This document shows positions 45,244 through 58,722 of a stretch of DNA of 64,000 bases, piece after piece; the first letter of the stretch is position 1; each line of letters begins with the position of its first letter. Below the pieces are notes generated by a model. That model saw only the letters and a program-made list of their open reading frames with translations, ran no database searches and had not been told where the DNA came from. The translations under genes and the position numbers were made by a program. Origin of the DNA: Diadema antillarum (taxonomy: Eukaryota); NCBI RefSeq assembly GCF_040938485.1, contig NW_027271348.1, positions 310,001 to 374,000 of the forward strand. Reading direction: 5' to 3'.

Positions 45244-46797
45244 GCACTTTTCGCCGCGCTGCGGTCTGACTGATACACGCAAGAGTAACCCTGTACAGTA
45301 CATGAAAAACAGATTCCAGAAAAAATGAGTAATTCGGCTAATTTAGATAAAGGAACTGGCCTTAGGAAGGTCCTAGTCCAAGGGAACCCTTGCCTAAGCT
45401 GAGAAGCCAAAAACACGAGAGTCAAGGGGGGGGGGTTGTTTCTGGCCTTCTGGGGACATGAAATTGAGCTAAGTTTCGCCTGACCGAGTGGCTGTCCAAA
45501 AATAAACGCCACGTGTGTGCGTGGCAGGATGGAAAACGTCAATTAAAAATCGCAACGAGTCGCTACCATGCTAAAGTGCTTGACGGACTTAAGAAAGCTA
45601 ACAAACAGTTAAGCTAGGCGTAAGAGCCCCCCAAAACCCCGGGGCTGCACCTGGACACGGACAAGAACCCCATATATAGGTAGAGAACGGATGCGAAAGG
45701 CGAGGTTTCTTTAATTTTCCTTTAAAGGGATGGTACAGTTTCCGTTGAGCGTCTCGAGTCATGAATGGTAAAAAGAGGATGATTGGTGAATGGACTTGCG
45801 CGCGTCGGGGGTGCGTGCCGCCGGGCCCGTGCTGTGAGCTGCTGTTTTTGTTTCTCTGTGTTATTATGCTCTAGGCTTCGGGCGTAGCCAGTATGATATA
45901 ATAACATAATTTGAGGGACGGGCGGCCAGTTGTTTTACTTGTAGATATTACACTCTTTCTTTCGATAAATGAGTGTGTGTGCGCGGTTAGGTTTGATGTA
46001 ATATTTCACTGTGAACAGCAAGGGCAGATATCAAAGATTTTAACTTGACCTCGTGTAATCATCATGATTTAACCAATGTGTAGAAGCGCTTTGTTTGGAT
46101 CAGGTACGCCTCTACTGTGAGACTTTTTGAGTCTTAAATATTGACTGAAAAACACAACAAATCACACTACATTCCGTGGGTTGCTTACCACTGACCCTTG
46201 ACCCAAGCACGCGAATTACCCATGGCCATCCCCGGGCCAGCAGCCCTCCCCCTACACTTAAACAACAACTACAAAAACAGTTCCCCGGCTCCAGATTTGA
46301 CAGAATTCGTCCTCCTTTAGTTTAATATTTATAAAAATATAAATAAGATATAAGATCTTATACCTTGTGAAAACTGAAAAATATTAAGGTACTCACTTCT
46401 CTCAGGCCTTCAAAGTTTATTGAAGTACAATTTAATATTTAGATAGGAAGAAAAAAATACAATCAAGGATCGATGATTAGGACCGTGTAATTAAGTAGCA
46501 TAGCATGACATTGGTTATAGAGTGCCCTGTATTCATGTACTTGTTTGAAAACGTATTAGACAAACCTGCTGTTGTCATGAAAACTGTTATCTGATGATAT
46601 ATCAACTTTCTTGATTATATTCATTTGTTTGTGAATATGCAATAAGATGAATCAAGTACAAAACGCTGGTGGAAGCACATTGCTTCAGCAAGTAGAGATT
46701 GTAAGTCCGTTATATAAGAGAACACCACATGACAATTTGTACAGCAGTGAGTGATGAAAATGAAAAAAAAAATGATTGCATAGTAAAAGCGATGTAC

Positions 46798-46896
46798 CTT
46801 CTCCATTTGATTCCATACGTGAGGCCGTGTTGACTGTGTCCCCAAACAGGCAATACCGTGGCATTGTCAGTCCCACCACACCAGCTACAGTTGAGC
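46798..46896 (-). CDS. Receptor-type guanylyl cyclase, 99-nt coding exon
   Basis: Acceptor tttctttacAG|GCTCA and donor GAAG|GTacat; phase 1 to phase 1. Encodes (G)[32 protein letters not shown](A), with the GC-specific Cys (RYCLFG) and catalytic Asn/Arg (NTASR). Joins in frame with both neighbouring exons. Confidence 0.97.
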
Positions 46897-48699
46897 CTGT
46901 AAAGAAATTAAGAGCCACGTATTAAACAATTCTTTTTCCTTGTCACCGAGTTAAAAGAATAAACCATTCTGGCAATTTCTACTGGTATAATCTGAACGTT
47001 CTTTACAAAATGTAAAAGAGAGCTTTGAAGATGGTGAATGTGCATCAAGTGCTCTAATAGAAGCGTTTGCAGCGTTCTAGTCTATAGAACGGATGCTATT
47101 GATTCATAAATACTCACACGTGGGACTTCAGACGATCGCTCCACTGTTAGCCAAATATGTAGGTGAGAAAATATTTTTAGCATGTTCCTCTTAAGGAGGA
47201 AAAAGGTGAATTTGTAAGCATATTTATAAACAATGACAATATGATGCATATTATAAAAAATGTGAATATTCATTATGAATATCAAGTAAATGTGTAAGTG
47301 TGCAAGTACATATAGTGGAAAGAGAAGGGGGATATTCAACCAGTTTCAAATGACAAACTTTTTAAAGATATCCTGCCACCAACATGGGAGTGGAGGCGCC
47401 TGATGATCGTCCAAAGAATCAATCGCACCTTCTCACAGACCCACGTGCATTAACTGCTAGATGTAAGGCCTATGCTGTATTCCTAATGCTAGAGACGAAA
47501 AACTTACACTTAAACTTGCATGCACTGCTCACGGAGTGATGCTGCAAAACGTGATGCACTGCGACGTGCGCTACATGTTCGTTTGCGTGTAACATGTATG
47601 TAGACGTCACACTGTCCAGAAATTGAGCAATGATGGACACATGATAAAGGCAATTTTCAAATTCGACTCTGATTGTATAAACACCGGGTCTTTCGTGAGG
47701 GCATCTTAAGCCATTGTATGACCGCTTGTGGAATTTTTCAGGATCCGTCAACAACTTCGTGAGCGGTGGCAAAATCTTTGGAAAGCCAAAAATGGCCTGA
47801 AGACCGTGTGGAAGTTCATATTCGTGTTGGAATCGTGAGTCTATTTTGCCCGTCGCAGGGCCATCGTTAGGGCACCTTGCCAAGTCGTGTCATCTTCGTC
47901 TTAACTTCGTAGAATCACCTGTGCCATTGGACATTTTTCGCCTCACAAAGATAATACGACGGAAAAAAGAAGCTGCCCGATTGTCTTAGGAAGGCAACAC
48001 GTCTACTTAGAGCAGATCTCGTAATGCCTATATGTAGCCATCGTATCATATTACTATGACATCGTGATGAAACCACGGTGTTGGCGTAGACAGCCTAATT
48101 TGAGTAGCTCTAGCCTTCCCCGTGTGTTATAGATAACGTGGACATTATGGCCAGCCTGTGAGCATCTACCTCAGTCAAAGCAACTTTGCAAAGTAGAGCG
48201 GTGTTTAATTCCCATAGCCTTAATCACAATTAATCGTAATTCAGTTCCTGCAGAGTAGCGAACTTCGATGATAAGACTTCTGAAAAAAGCAGCAACATTG
48301 CTTATTTGGATGCACATCTTAACACACGACGAACATCTTTCACGTAATAGGCATATCACCTGGTCTTCCCAATAAGTTTTTTTTTCTCTTTCTTATTTCC
48401 TACTACTAAACCTATGAAATAGTCGGAATAAAATCTGATGAATAGTGAGGAATTAATATTTTAGGTATGAAAACAAAAGTTTGAAGAAAAACAATGACAA
48501 AGACGAACAAGAATGAGCATGAGGAGAAAAGTTGGACAAAGCAAAGAGGGGAAGAAACAGAAGACAAAGAAATAAGAATAAAAAATAAGAATAAAAGACA
48601 AAGAGAACAAAAACCAGACTAAAAAATTTGTCATAAGTGACAAATTAGATGATCCGTTTAATTTGAGACGGGGGCAATTGGCCACGCAATTTCATATAT

Positions 48700-49510
48700 G
48701 TTTATGAGTATTGAACAAAATCTCCGTAAATTGAAGCCTGAGTTTCAAATTCAACCACATTCTTAGAAATGATTGCCACATTCAATTGACAAACAATGGC
48801 AACGTGACGATAGTCCAGAGTACCAGCCAAGTTATATCGAAATCTAGGAGAAATCGAAACAGGAATAATTGTGCTACTGCTCAATGAATAAAGTCATGTC
48901 AATTTGGGTTTCGGGAAAAGAAAATAAATGGATTGCTATAATGACTAAACGTAAAATGGTCAAATTTGACAAAGATAACTTCAGTCGAGTTTGCCACGAT
49001 GATGACATCATCAAATTGAACAAATGTAAGAATAATTTCGATTGAAAATTTGATAAGCTACAACATACTTAGTTGTGGGTACAAATTGATCAAGGATAAG
49101 TGAGACACGATCGAATAAATTTGACGTTATGCCTGTACATGATACGGATTGCATAAAATCTCCATAATTCGGAACCTAACTTTCGATTTTAACCAATTTT
49201 AAGACACGATTCAGACATTCATTTAAAAATTACAATAATTATCACAGACACTAAAAGTGTAAGCTGCAACATATCAAAATCTGGGAGAAATTCTGTGAGC
49301 TACTGCTCAAGTCAATTGGCATTTAGAAGAAAATGGACTGCATAGAGATAACACGTAAATTGTCAAATTTTACAAGGGTAATTTCAATCGATTTTTTTCA
49401 CAAAGATGTCATAACATTGAAAAATAGTTATTACAATTAAAACGGAAAATGTAATAAGCTACAACATACTAAAATTTGGGTAAAAGATGGTGAAGCATAA
49501 GAGTGATAAG
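48700..49510. repeat. Old, diverged tandem duplication (~430-450-bp units)
   Basis: Co-linear motifs aaaatctcc.taa, gctactgctcaa, aaatgga.tgc, gtcaaattt.acaa and taagctacaacatact each occur twice. Confidence 0.6.
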
Positions 49511-50076
49511 CTTGAAATCTGATGACGTCATTATGAAATTAGATATATTTAATTTCATGCAGAAACTTGATAGCTTTAAATACTTTTGTCACCCTTAAAG
49601 TCCCATTTGGTAGAAATATGCTCGAGAAACTGACTCCATGCAGAAGCATTCTTTTGTTTTTGTTGTTTTTTGTTACGGACGCGCAAATACGCCCGAATGA
49701 CGGGCGCGCGGACATGCAAAAGTTTGAAATGCTCAAAATGGTCTGAGACGTATGCAAAATGAATTCTAGCTCGATTGGAGTATTATGAAATTTTGACGTG
49801 TGCGCAACGGCGATCTTTTATAATGAAATATAGATCACTTCATGGAATATGCGCCTACCTATTTCACTGGAAAATAACGTTAAGAAATGGAGGTAGAGGC
49901 GATGTGATTTGTGAAAATGACGTCATAATTGCAGTGTCCGGCTACGTTAAGCACGCACGCCATGGTGGAAGAAGCCCAAGAAAGATGTCCAGTGTGAAGT
50001 AAGCATTACCCGTTTGTTTGACCGATTTGTGCGTTCTCATATACACATATCTGACTAGCATGTTAGTATGTAACAC

Positions 50077-50089
50077 TGGCGACGAGGAT
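50077..50089 (+). promoter_or_regulatory. Gypsy primer-binding site complementary to the 3' end of tRNA-Ser(GCU)
   Basis: TGGCGACGAGGAT directly after the LTR end (...TAACA c) is the reverse complement of ...ATCCTCGTCGCCA, the eukaryotic tRNA-Ser(GCU) 3' end as I recall it. Confidence 0.75.
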
Positions 50090-53000
50090 AGCTTGATTTC
50101 TTCTCGCTGTTTTGCTGACGTCTCGCCATGGCCCTCATGGACCCCACGTCTCTTCTCGTACGATGGGAACGTTGGCTATGCCGGTTCAAAGGAGCCATGG
50201 TCGCTTTTGGGATAGGCCTAACCGATTTTAAGCGACAGAAAGCTCTGTTATTTCATTATGGAGGAGAAACATTCCAAGATATATTCGACACCCAGAGAAG
50301 CAAGCCCTTACTAACTACTTCACTCCGAAGAAAAACATACTGTATGAAGGCATTGTGTTCAGGCGCACAACTCAGAAAACTGATGAGACAGTTGTTCAAT
50401 ATTACACACGCCTTAGCAGACAGCAACCGAGTGTGAACCAGTGATGTTGACAGCGAACTAAAAACTCAGATCATCGAAGGCTGTCACTCTAGCCAACTCA
50501 GACGTAAAGCTCTACAGAAAGACATGTTATTAGCCGAACTCCTAGGACTTGTCAGATCGCTGTCACTATCCGCCTCCAGAGCTGCAGAAGTCGAGCATGA
50601 GCAGACTGCGCATGCCAGAGTCAATAAAGTGTTCAAACACAACAAGCATAAACCGCATCGCAAACCCAAGACCCCTCAGTCGAAGCAGTCATCTGCTAAA
50701 GCGAAGGAGTGTTTTACCGTGGATGCGATTACCCTCATCAGAATGAATGTCCCGTGCGAGGACAGAAATGCCGAAACTGCGAGAGGTCGAGTTCGTGAAC
50801 TAACTATGACTAATGCCGCAAACAGGGCAGTGACCGTGAATACACGTTTGGTATCGAACAAAGTGAAAGCCAAAAGATCCTTTACGCTGGAGGACGATGA
50901 CATCAGTATCTACGCATCTACGCATATGCAGCAAGGCTCCACTCATGGTTCGCGACACTTTCGAATCTGAATTGACCTTCAGAGACAATACTACTGAAGC
51001 TACATTCTATGTGGTCTATGGAGATTCTGATAAACTGCTGAGTTGTGACACTGCAGAATCGCTAGGCACTGTCAAGCTCAGTACGCTGTAACCAACGACA
51101 ATGACTTGTCATCACGCTACACCGAACTCTTCAAAGGGTTGGGAAACTCAAAGACGTGAAGTGTAAACTTCACATTGACGACACCACGAAGCCAGAAGCC
51201 CAGCCCCATCGCAGAATTCCGTTCTACGTTCGAAAACAAACGGAGAAAGAACTGCAACATCTTTTTGATTTGGGCAGCATTGAACGTGTTGGCGATGAAC
51301 CGACGCCCTGGGTGTCGCCGATTCAAGTTGTCAAAAAAACCCAAGAGTCCGAATCAAATTCGCATCTGTGTAGATATGCGTGCTCCCAACAAAACCATCC
51401 AGAGATAACGCCACTTGCCCCCTACCATTTACGAGATAATCACAAAAGTGCATGGAGCTCGACATTTCGCAAAGTTGGATCTCAACGCTTGCTACCACAA
51501 GATAGAGCTTGCCGAAGAGTCACGTTACATAACTGTCTTCTCTACTCATATCGGCCTGTTTCGATATAAGCGACTGAACTTTGGCGTCAACGCAGGAGCA
51601 GAGATGTTTCAGAAGCTGATACAAACCACCCTGAGCGGTCTCAATGGAGTTCTGAATATCACTGATGATATTCTAGTGTTTGGCAGCACACCCGAGGAAC
51701 TTGACGGCATGCTCGAACAATGCTTGAAGCGATTGAAAGCCAATCATCTCACTCTCAACAAGGAAAAGTGTGAATTCCACAAAGAAACGATGGAGTTCTT
51801 CGGACGTGTCCTGAGTGCAGATGGGGTGTCACCTGATCCAAAGAAAGTGCAAGCGATAATCAACGCATCAGATCCATCGAGTGTTCAGGAAGTGCGCAGT
51901 CTTCTACGCCTGATTAATTACTGTGGTCGATTCATTCTAGACCTCGCTACGCTTTCTGCCCCACTTCGCAACCTTACCAAAGAAAAGATGGAGTGGCAGT
52001 GGACCACATAACATCAGCTAGCCATGCATAACGTCAAGCAGTACCTCGCAGCCGGATGCACGAATGCATTCTACGACCCCGACAAACAAACACAGCTTCT
52101 CGTAGACACTTTAGCGATCACCTGGCGAGTTCAGCATTATCATCTTTACTTGTATGGTAATACGTTTGAAGTAATTACCGACCACAAGTCACTATAGTGG
52201 CCGTCTTCAACAATCCTCACAGCAAACCGCCGACGCGAATAGAGAAATGGATCCTCAAAGTTCAAGAGTATGATTTCGTTGTCGTGTACGAGACCAGAAA
52301 GTCCAACCCAACGGATTACTTGTCCCCGCCATCCTCTGCCGACCACTGAGCGTAGTAACCGCGAAGAAAAAAAAAAACCAGCAGAGCAACATATCAATTT
52401 CGTGAGTGTGAACGGAGCACCCAAATCGATGAAGCTAAGCGAAATCCAAGTCGCGACCGAGCAAAACGTCGCATTGAATCTGTGTATGCAGGCACTCAGA
52501 TTGCGAAATTGGAAGGAAGCGATAGATTCCGCTCTATCTCATGATGTAAAGAGCCGCCTACAGAGTCTCTACAATGTCCGCGATGAGCTGTCAATTGTGC
52601 CAAATGATGATCTTGTGTTGCGCGGAAATTTATTGTCATCCCACAATCACTGAGGGATTGCATGATCGACATCGCTCATGAAAGTCATCAAGGCGTTGTA
52701 AAAACTAAGCAGCTTCTGAGAGAAAAAGCGTGGTTCCCTGGCATTGATGGAATGGTCGAGCGAAAAATAAACAAGTGCATACCATGTCAGGCGACAACCG
52801 TAGGGCCAAGTCCTCGTGCACCGCTTGAAATGTCTGATCTGCCCATTGGTCCGTGGGTAGAACTGAGCATACATTTCGCCGACTTGCCCTCAGGAGATCA
52901 CCTGCTAGTAGTCATTGATGATTATAGTCGATACCATGTTGTGGAAGTCGTGTCGTCGACGTCGAGCAAAGCTATAATCCCGCTATTGCATAAAATATTC

Positions 53001-53585
53001 TCATTGTTCGGAGTCCCGCAGATCGTGCGATCCGATAATGGCCTACATTTCAACAGACAGTATCAATACCTAATACCTATAATACCTAGGCTTCACCCAT
53101 CGTAAGATAACGCCGCGATGGCCACGTGTCAATGGTGAAGCAAAGCGGTTTATGCGCACATGTTGAAGAAAGTTCTCCGCACAGGTCATGCCTAATCCAA
53201 ATCATGGAGACAAGAGATGCATCGATTTCTTCGCAACTATCGCGTAACACCGCACGCGACGACATCGCTACCTTCAGCAACGACCATGTTCGCGAGACCT
53301 ATGCGCACACGACCATATGACGTTCAGACGCGATCCCCTTCGTGTCGGAGATAGAGTTCTAGTGAAGCGTGATGACGATGACTCCCTATGAGTGCGAGCC
53401 ACTGGTAGTCACGATTGTTAAAGGCTCTATGGTAACAGCTAGTTGTGATAACCCGCAACACATCTTTCTTCAAAGCCATGAAGGAGAACAATTATGAACC
53501 AGCTTTCAGAGAAAATGAACAGGAGCAAACAAAACAACCCAGTGCTTCCGATAATTTGTCAGATGACAGTGACAATGAGTACACT

Positions 53586-55572
53586 AATAATAATAATAAT
53601 GAATAAATAACACTTATATAGTGCTTATTATTGACGTTACTTCTAAGCGCGTAGATGCGGGAAAAATATCAAATTAAAGTACAGCATTATGTACATATAA
53701 TATAACAACAAAAAATAGGACTTCAGCAGTGAATTAAACTTATCAACACTTTCAGCATTCTGGATATAAAGAGGGAGTTTGTTCCAAAGAGATGGAGAAA
53801 TAACAGGAAAAGTCCTGGCACCATGACAGGTGCGGAGACCATGTGACAGAGGAAGAACGGAGAGAACGGGTTGAAGTGGAGGAGCGGAGAGAAATCAAGT
53901 CTTTGAGATAAGATGGGGCAAGAATATTACATATCTTATGAACAATGAGAAGGATTTTAAAGGTGATACGTTATTGTATGGGGAGCTAGTGGAGAGATTG
54001 GAGAACTGGAGTAATGTGGTCAGATCGTTTTGTATGGGTCACAAGCCTAGCAGCTGTATTTTGAATTCTTTGGAGAGAGCTACAGTAATCAAGATGAGAA
54101 GATACAAATGCATGAATAAGACGTTCAGTGGAAGACTGATTTTACAAATTTTACAAATACCCCAAGAAGCAGAACGACATGAGTTCTTAATATGTTGTTG
54201 AAAGTTCGGATGCTTATCTACAATAACTTCGAGATCTCTGACTGACTGAGAGATGGGGATAGTACTATCTTCAAAAGAAAATTTTGTGAGAGAGCTACCC
54301 CGCCTGAACGGAGAATGAACATAATGGACAGAATTCTGATTTGACACAATTCAATTTTAGGTAGTTATCGCGGGACCATTGCTTGATATCATCAACACAA
54401 CTACTAAGTTTACAGAGTGCTTCGACTTGGGTATTTGGTTGTATGATTATGTAAATTTGAGTATCGTCAGTATACATAACATGTAGTATATCTTCATGAG
54501 AGTTGATTACCGAAGATGGAGGGGCTGTGTATAGAAGAAATACAGTAGAAATGGACCAACCACAGACCCCTGGGGGACACCATGTCTGAAAGGGAACGAC
54601 CGGGAAAAGGCGCCATTAAGAGTAACCATCTGGTGGCGGTCATGTAAGTAAGATGCATTCCATCTCAAGACTGTTAAAGTAAGACCAAAATTAGTCTCTA
54701 ATCTGTTGAGGAGCAATGCATGATTAATGGTGTCAAACGCAGCAGAATATTCTAAAAGCAGGAGAGCAGCTTCATGGCCTTTGTCTACTGCTAAGAGGAG
54801 GTCATTGAGTACCTTCAATAAGGCGGTTTGCGTGAAGTGGAAGTGCCTGTAGGCAGACTGATTTCTAGGAAACAACTGGTGTTTATCAAAATGATCTCTG
54901 AGTTGGCAAGCAACCACTTTCTCAAGAACTTTGCCACGAAAAGACAAATTAGTAATGGGGCGAAAATTGTTCAAATTATTACGGTCTAAGCTAGGTTTCT
55001 TCAAAAAGGGCAATATGATCGACCTTTTGAAGTGTTCAGGAACTACGCCTGATGACAATGAAAGGTTCAGGATGTGAGTTATTGTAGGAAGAAATTCATC
55101 TAGACACTCTTAGCAGCCATGTGGGAAGAGGATCTAGAGAACATGACTTGGACGGAAGAGAATTGATGAGATCTTTCATTTGCGACTCAGTGATTACAGC
55201 AAAGTCAGAAAATATACAGTGTTTACATTTATGTGAGAGGAATCATAAAGAGAGATTTCAGGAGACATTGGGAATGAAGATACAATGCTACTAAACTTGT
55301 TGTCAAAAAACTCAGCAAACCGATTAGCCAGTTCAGGATTTGAAGTATCATCAGGAAGAGCAAAATCCGGATGTGCAATTGTGAGTCTTTTGACGATGTT
55401 GAAAAGTCGTTAGGTGTCTGCGTCAGCAATCTCCTGTCTAAGGTCTTAGGATTCACACTCTTGCCGATAAAGCTCTCTTGTCGAAGAAAAGACCAGACTT
55501 GCGGCGCTCTGCGCGACGTCTGCGCCTCTTGGCCTCCTTCGCTTCTGTTGTGTACCAAGGATTATTCGGCCG
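53586..55572 (-). mobile_element. 5'-truncated L2-clade LINE inserted into the Gypsy pol tail
   Basis: RPNNPWYT, LKKPSLD..NLNNFRPITNL, LLLLEYSAAFDTINH, GVPQGSVVGP, YTDDTQIY. Tail gcgcttaga...agcactatataag(TTA)n; CACT at both junctions. Confidence 0.9.
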
Positions 55573-56399
55573 CACTGATACAGATCTAGTCTTTAACGGA
55601 GCGTACTTATCATCCAACTACCCGAAAGGCTGAGCGGTATTCGACCCGTACTCGAAATCCCCAGCGTACTTGAAAGAATACGCAACATCATTCACTTCAC
55701 TTTGTGTATCCTTAACCTGCATATATAAGCACTGTGAAACCAGAGATATCAAATGCCCTCTAATTAGAATACGAAAAGTTTACAGTTTGTTGTATCTGAT
55801 TAGTGCATCTGTGAGGGACACGCCCTATACAGCTTGCCATTCACATAAATGTCACACAAAGAAAAAAAAAATCTTCACACAGGTATCTTAGTTGACTCAA
55901 GGAACATCTAATATCAATCTTATGTTGTGATGTGCCTTTATAGAAATGCCTTTTATTGTAATGTGCGTTTTCAACTAACATGGGAATGATGTAGTGTTCT
56001 ACTTAAAGATGTCATAAACAGAAAGGAAACTGTCCGGCTATATTCAGCACGCACGTCATCTTGGAAGAAGCCCAATAAAGATGTCCAGTTTGAAGTAAAC
56101 GTTACTCGTCTGTTTGACCAATTTGTCCGTTCTCAGATACACATATAATCCAATCTCAGTCTCTTTATTCATTTAAGCATAAACTTAAACTAGTTTTTCT
56201 GAATTCATATCTATAGCTATTCTTCAATCCTCCTCGATATTCTTTGCTCATACTTCACATTACTGACATTATCGATTATGTAACATGTGCCTCGCTCGTG
56301 ATTTCTGTATTATCTCCTGAACTTCCTTTGTACACATTTGGTATCTCTGCTATTGTACACTGCATCTGACTTGTACCTCGCTCGGGTGATCACGCAACT

Positions 56400-56715
56400 C
56401 TCAAGAAGTCTGTGCCGCGGACATTGTTTTCTTTGTTTTTTTTCATTTTTCTTTTTACTTTTTGGCGTTTATATTTCTCCAATTCACAAATTGTCATTCC
56501 TTTAATTACATAACCAAGTAAGAAATAATCTCACATCCGCATCTGGGAATGTACACCCTACAAGCAATGCTTCTATGTAGATTCCTCATATTTCACATGA
56601 TTTATTGTCTTATAAGCTGTACTTGACAATTCATCCAGGCTTTTGTATTGTGATGTTTATGTTTTAAGTATTTGTTGAAATGTGGAATATGGAACAATAA
56701 AACAAAACAACAAAA
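56400..56715 (+). mobile_element. Probable LINE 3' UTR/tail remnant
   Basis: T-rich UTR-like text ending ttgttgaaatgtgg...AATAAAacaaaacaacaaaaaa. No coding motif. Confidence 0.35.
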
Positions 56716-57207
56716 AATAATCTGACAAGCACTGTTTGTATGTTACAATAATGACGTAATGGTTGAGCGATAACAAAGAAAAAAAAATCAAGAGCATCTT
56801 GAGCTCATGATACATAAGTGCTGCAAGTTTCAAGAGCTAGCAGATTGAGCTTTTAGAGATATGCTCTGCACAGGATTTACAAAGAAGGCAACAAAGATAA
56901 CGAAATTATAAATTTGTACAGAAACAGAAGGCGATCTGTGAGCTGTCACGGATAACCTAATTAAGGTGAAAGATAGAAACGGTTCGTATCCACATAATCC
57001 ATTTCATTAGCATAATACCAATGAAACCTTATTACGTAATGAACAAGGAAAGATCGTTCTTTTCTTCATGATTCTGTCATTCCTATGTTATTTCTTCTAT
57101 CCACTCATTCAGTTACAGGGACCACAACTAATCGCATGAGTTGCACCGGTGCTGATGATAATGACGATGGCTCTAACTGTATTTACAATATCATTATTCC
57201 ATACATT

Positions 57208-58722
57208 AAATGTGACCCTGCACCACAAAACAAACAAAAAGTCGCCAGACATGAATTTTTAGTTAAGACCATATTCTGAAAGAGCAGACTTTCAGCTTTA
57301 AAATGATGTATATGGGCAATTCCGCGAAAAATGTTACCTTTCCTAAAAATCATGAATCTGCAATAATTTGAAAAATATATGAGCTACAGGGACAAGTTTA
57401 GTATCAAATGCTAGAACTTGTTTAGTTCTTTCATTTAAGTGGTATTTTGATACAATTAAAGTATTTTTAGGCGTTCTTTTCTTTAAGAAACCCATTTTGG
57501 GGCAAAATTGTTAATAATTTTTGTAAAAACACACAATCTTTGACTCTCATTATTCCATAATTCAGAAACACTTCAGCACTTGTTTCAAAGTAGTTTATAG
57601 TTAAGAATGAACCAAAAAAAAAAACCACCACTAATATTAGCCTTGTCTGAGATATGGACTGTGTTAAAGTCTGAATATTCGGACTTTAAAATGTGGACGA
57701 AGTTGTAATGTCCGTAACGCTAAAAATGTAATGTCCGTAACGCTACATTTGTGACTCTGTATAGTAAATGCTGAATGTGTTGCACACCATGATCAATCTA
57801 CAACTTAAACAGGACCAGAGCACTCATTTCAGAAGAAAATTCCTTTTACTTAATCCTCTGATTCATAAATTTCTCAACATATCCACATAAAGGTAAAAAA
57901 TCGTTTCCAAAAAAATGTAATGTCTGTAACGGCAAACGTTTTATGTAATATCTACCAAATGATTTATAGTAACTGATCAAAACTCGGACTGTTGACATTT
58001 CAGGATGACTGGGTTAGAATAAACCATGAATGGATTAAGAATGATTGTGTTGGGTTGTTGAAATAAGCCCACAAAGTCACCAAAAATTCTCTAACTGTAA
58101 TGTCCATAACGCTGGAATTGCCCACAACTCAAATCAAATGGACTCTCCTAACCTATCTAAATATTGGAAAGAAAGCACAAATTCACGAAAAGTGTGAACT
58201 GAGAAAAGAGGCTCTTAAGTACAGTATCTATTCAAGTGCTTCATAATCTTTACCTAACCGCGCTGGCTGTGTAATGAATGGGACAAAAACAGGAAGTAAT
58301 CCACCGGAGTAACAACAATGAAGGGATTATCAGATTAAACTGCAATTAGCCATACCTCATTAACACATTCTGTCCATAATTAATGCCAACTTTCAAAGCA
58401 GTACCATTATCCTTTCAAAAGTTATTAGAGTTGAAAGTTTAGAATGTGTACAAGTTTTTTTTTCAGAAATGAAAAGGGGACTGTAAAGACACACCGAATC
58501 ACACTATTCTAACAAAAATTTTCGAGATAAACTGCTAAAAAACACACTTTCCTGCCTGTCTTATGATCCCAAATTTTAGCAAAATGTAAAAGAAGACTTG
58601 CTCTTTCAGGAAATATGAAAAAGTCAAGATAGGCTAGGTTGACCCATTTTACTTATTTTCAGTCCTCACGCAAAATCAGTGTGTGCGACTTTTTGTTCGT
58701 TTTGTGATGCACGGTCACAAAT
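57208..58722. mobile_element. Non-autonomous DNA transposon with ~35-bp TIRs (superfamily unassigned)
   Basis: 5' ATGTGACCCTGCACCACAAAACAAACAAAAAGTCGC and 3' GCGACTTTTTGTTCGTTTTGTGATGCACGGTCACAAAT. Confidence 0.8.
57313..58124. mobile_element. MITE nested in the previous element (TIR TGGGCAATTCC)
   Basis: tgggcaattcc ... ggaattgccca; four copies of gtaatgtc(c/t)(g/a)taacg inside. Confidence 0.7.

Larger units (their letters stand above)
8373..46797 (-). other. Last intron of the guanylyl cyclase gene (38,425 bp, phase 1), TE-filled
   Basis: GT at 46797-46796 and AG at 8374-8373; the flanking exons join in frame. I found no alternative exon for the same protein segment in between. Confidence 0.88.
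49903..56146 (+). mobile_element. Decayed Ty3/Gypsy LTR retrotransposon (Mag/SURL-like), interrupted by an L2
   Basis: LTR cores 49935-50050 and 56031-56146 (101/116 identical by my count). PBS TGGCGACGAGGAT at 50077. gag (RWERW, KRQKALL.HYGG, CCHC-like knuckle), RT (RICVDMR.PN, KLDL..CYH.I.L, RLNFG, ITDDILVFG) and integrase (HESHQG...KCIPCQ, VVIDDYSRY, SDNG). The pol tail RYSTRTRNP..YLKEY resumes after the L2. Confidence 0.9.

Noticed and set aside
47470-47883. 137-aa minus-strand ORF
   Set aside because: No recognisable domain, TTG start and no convincing splice context.
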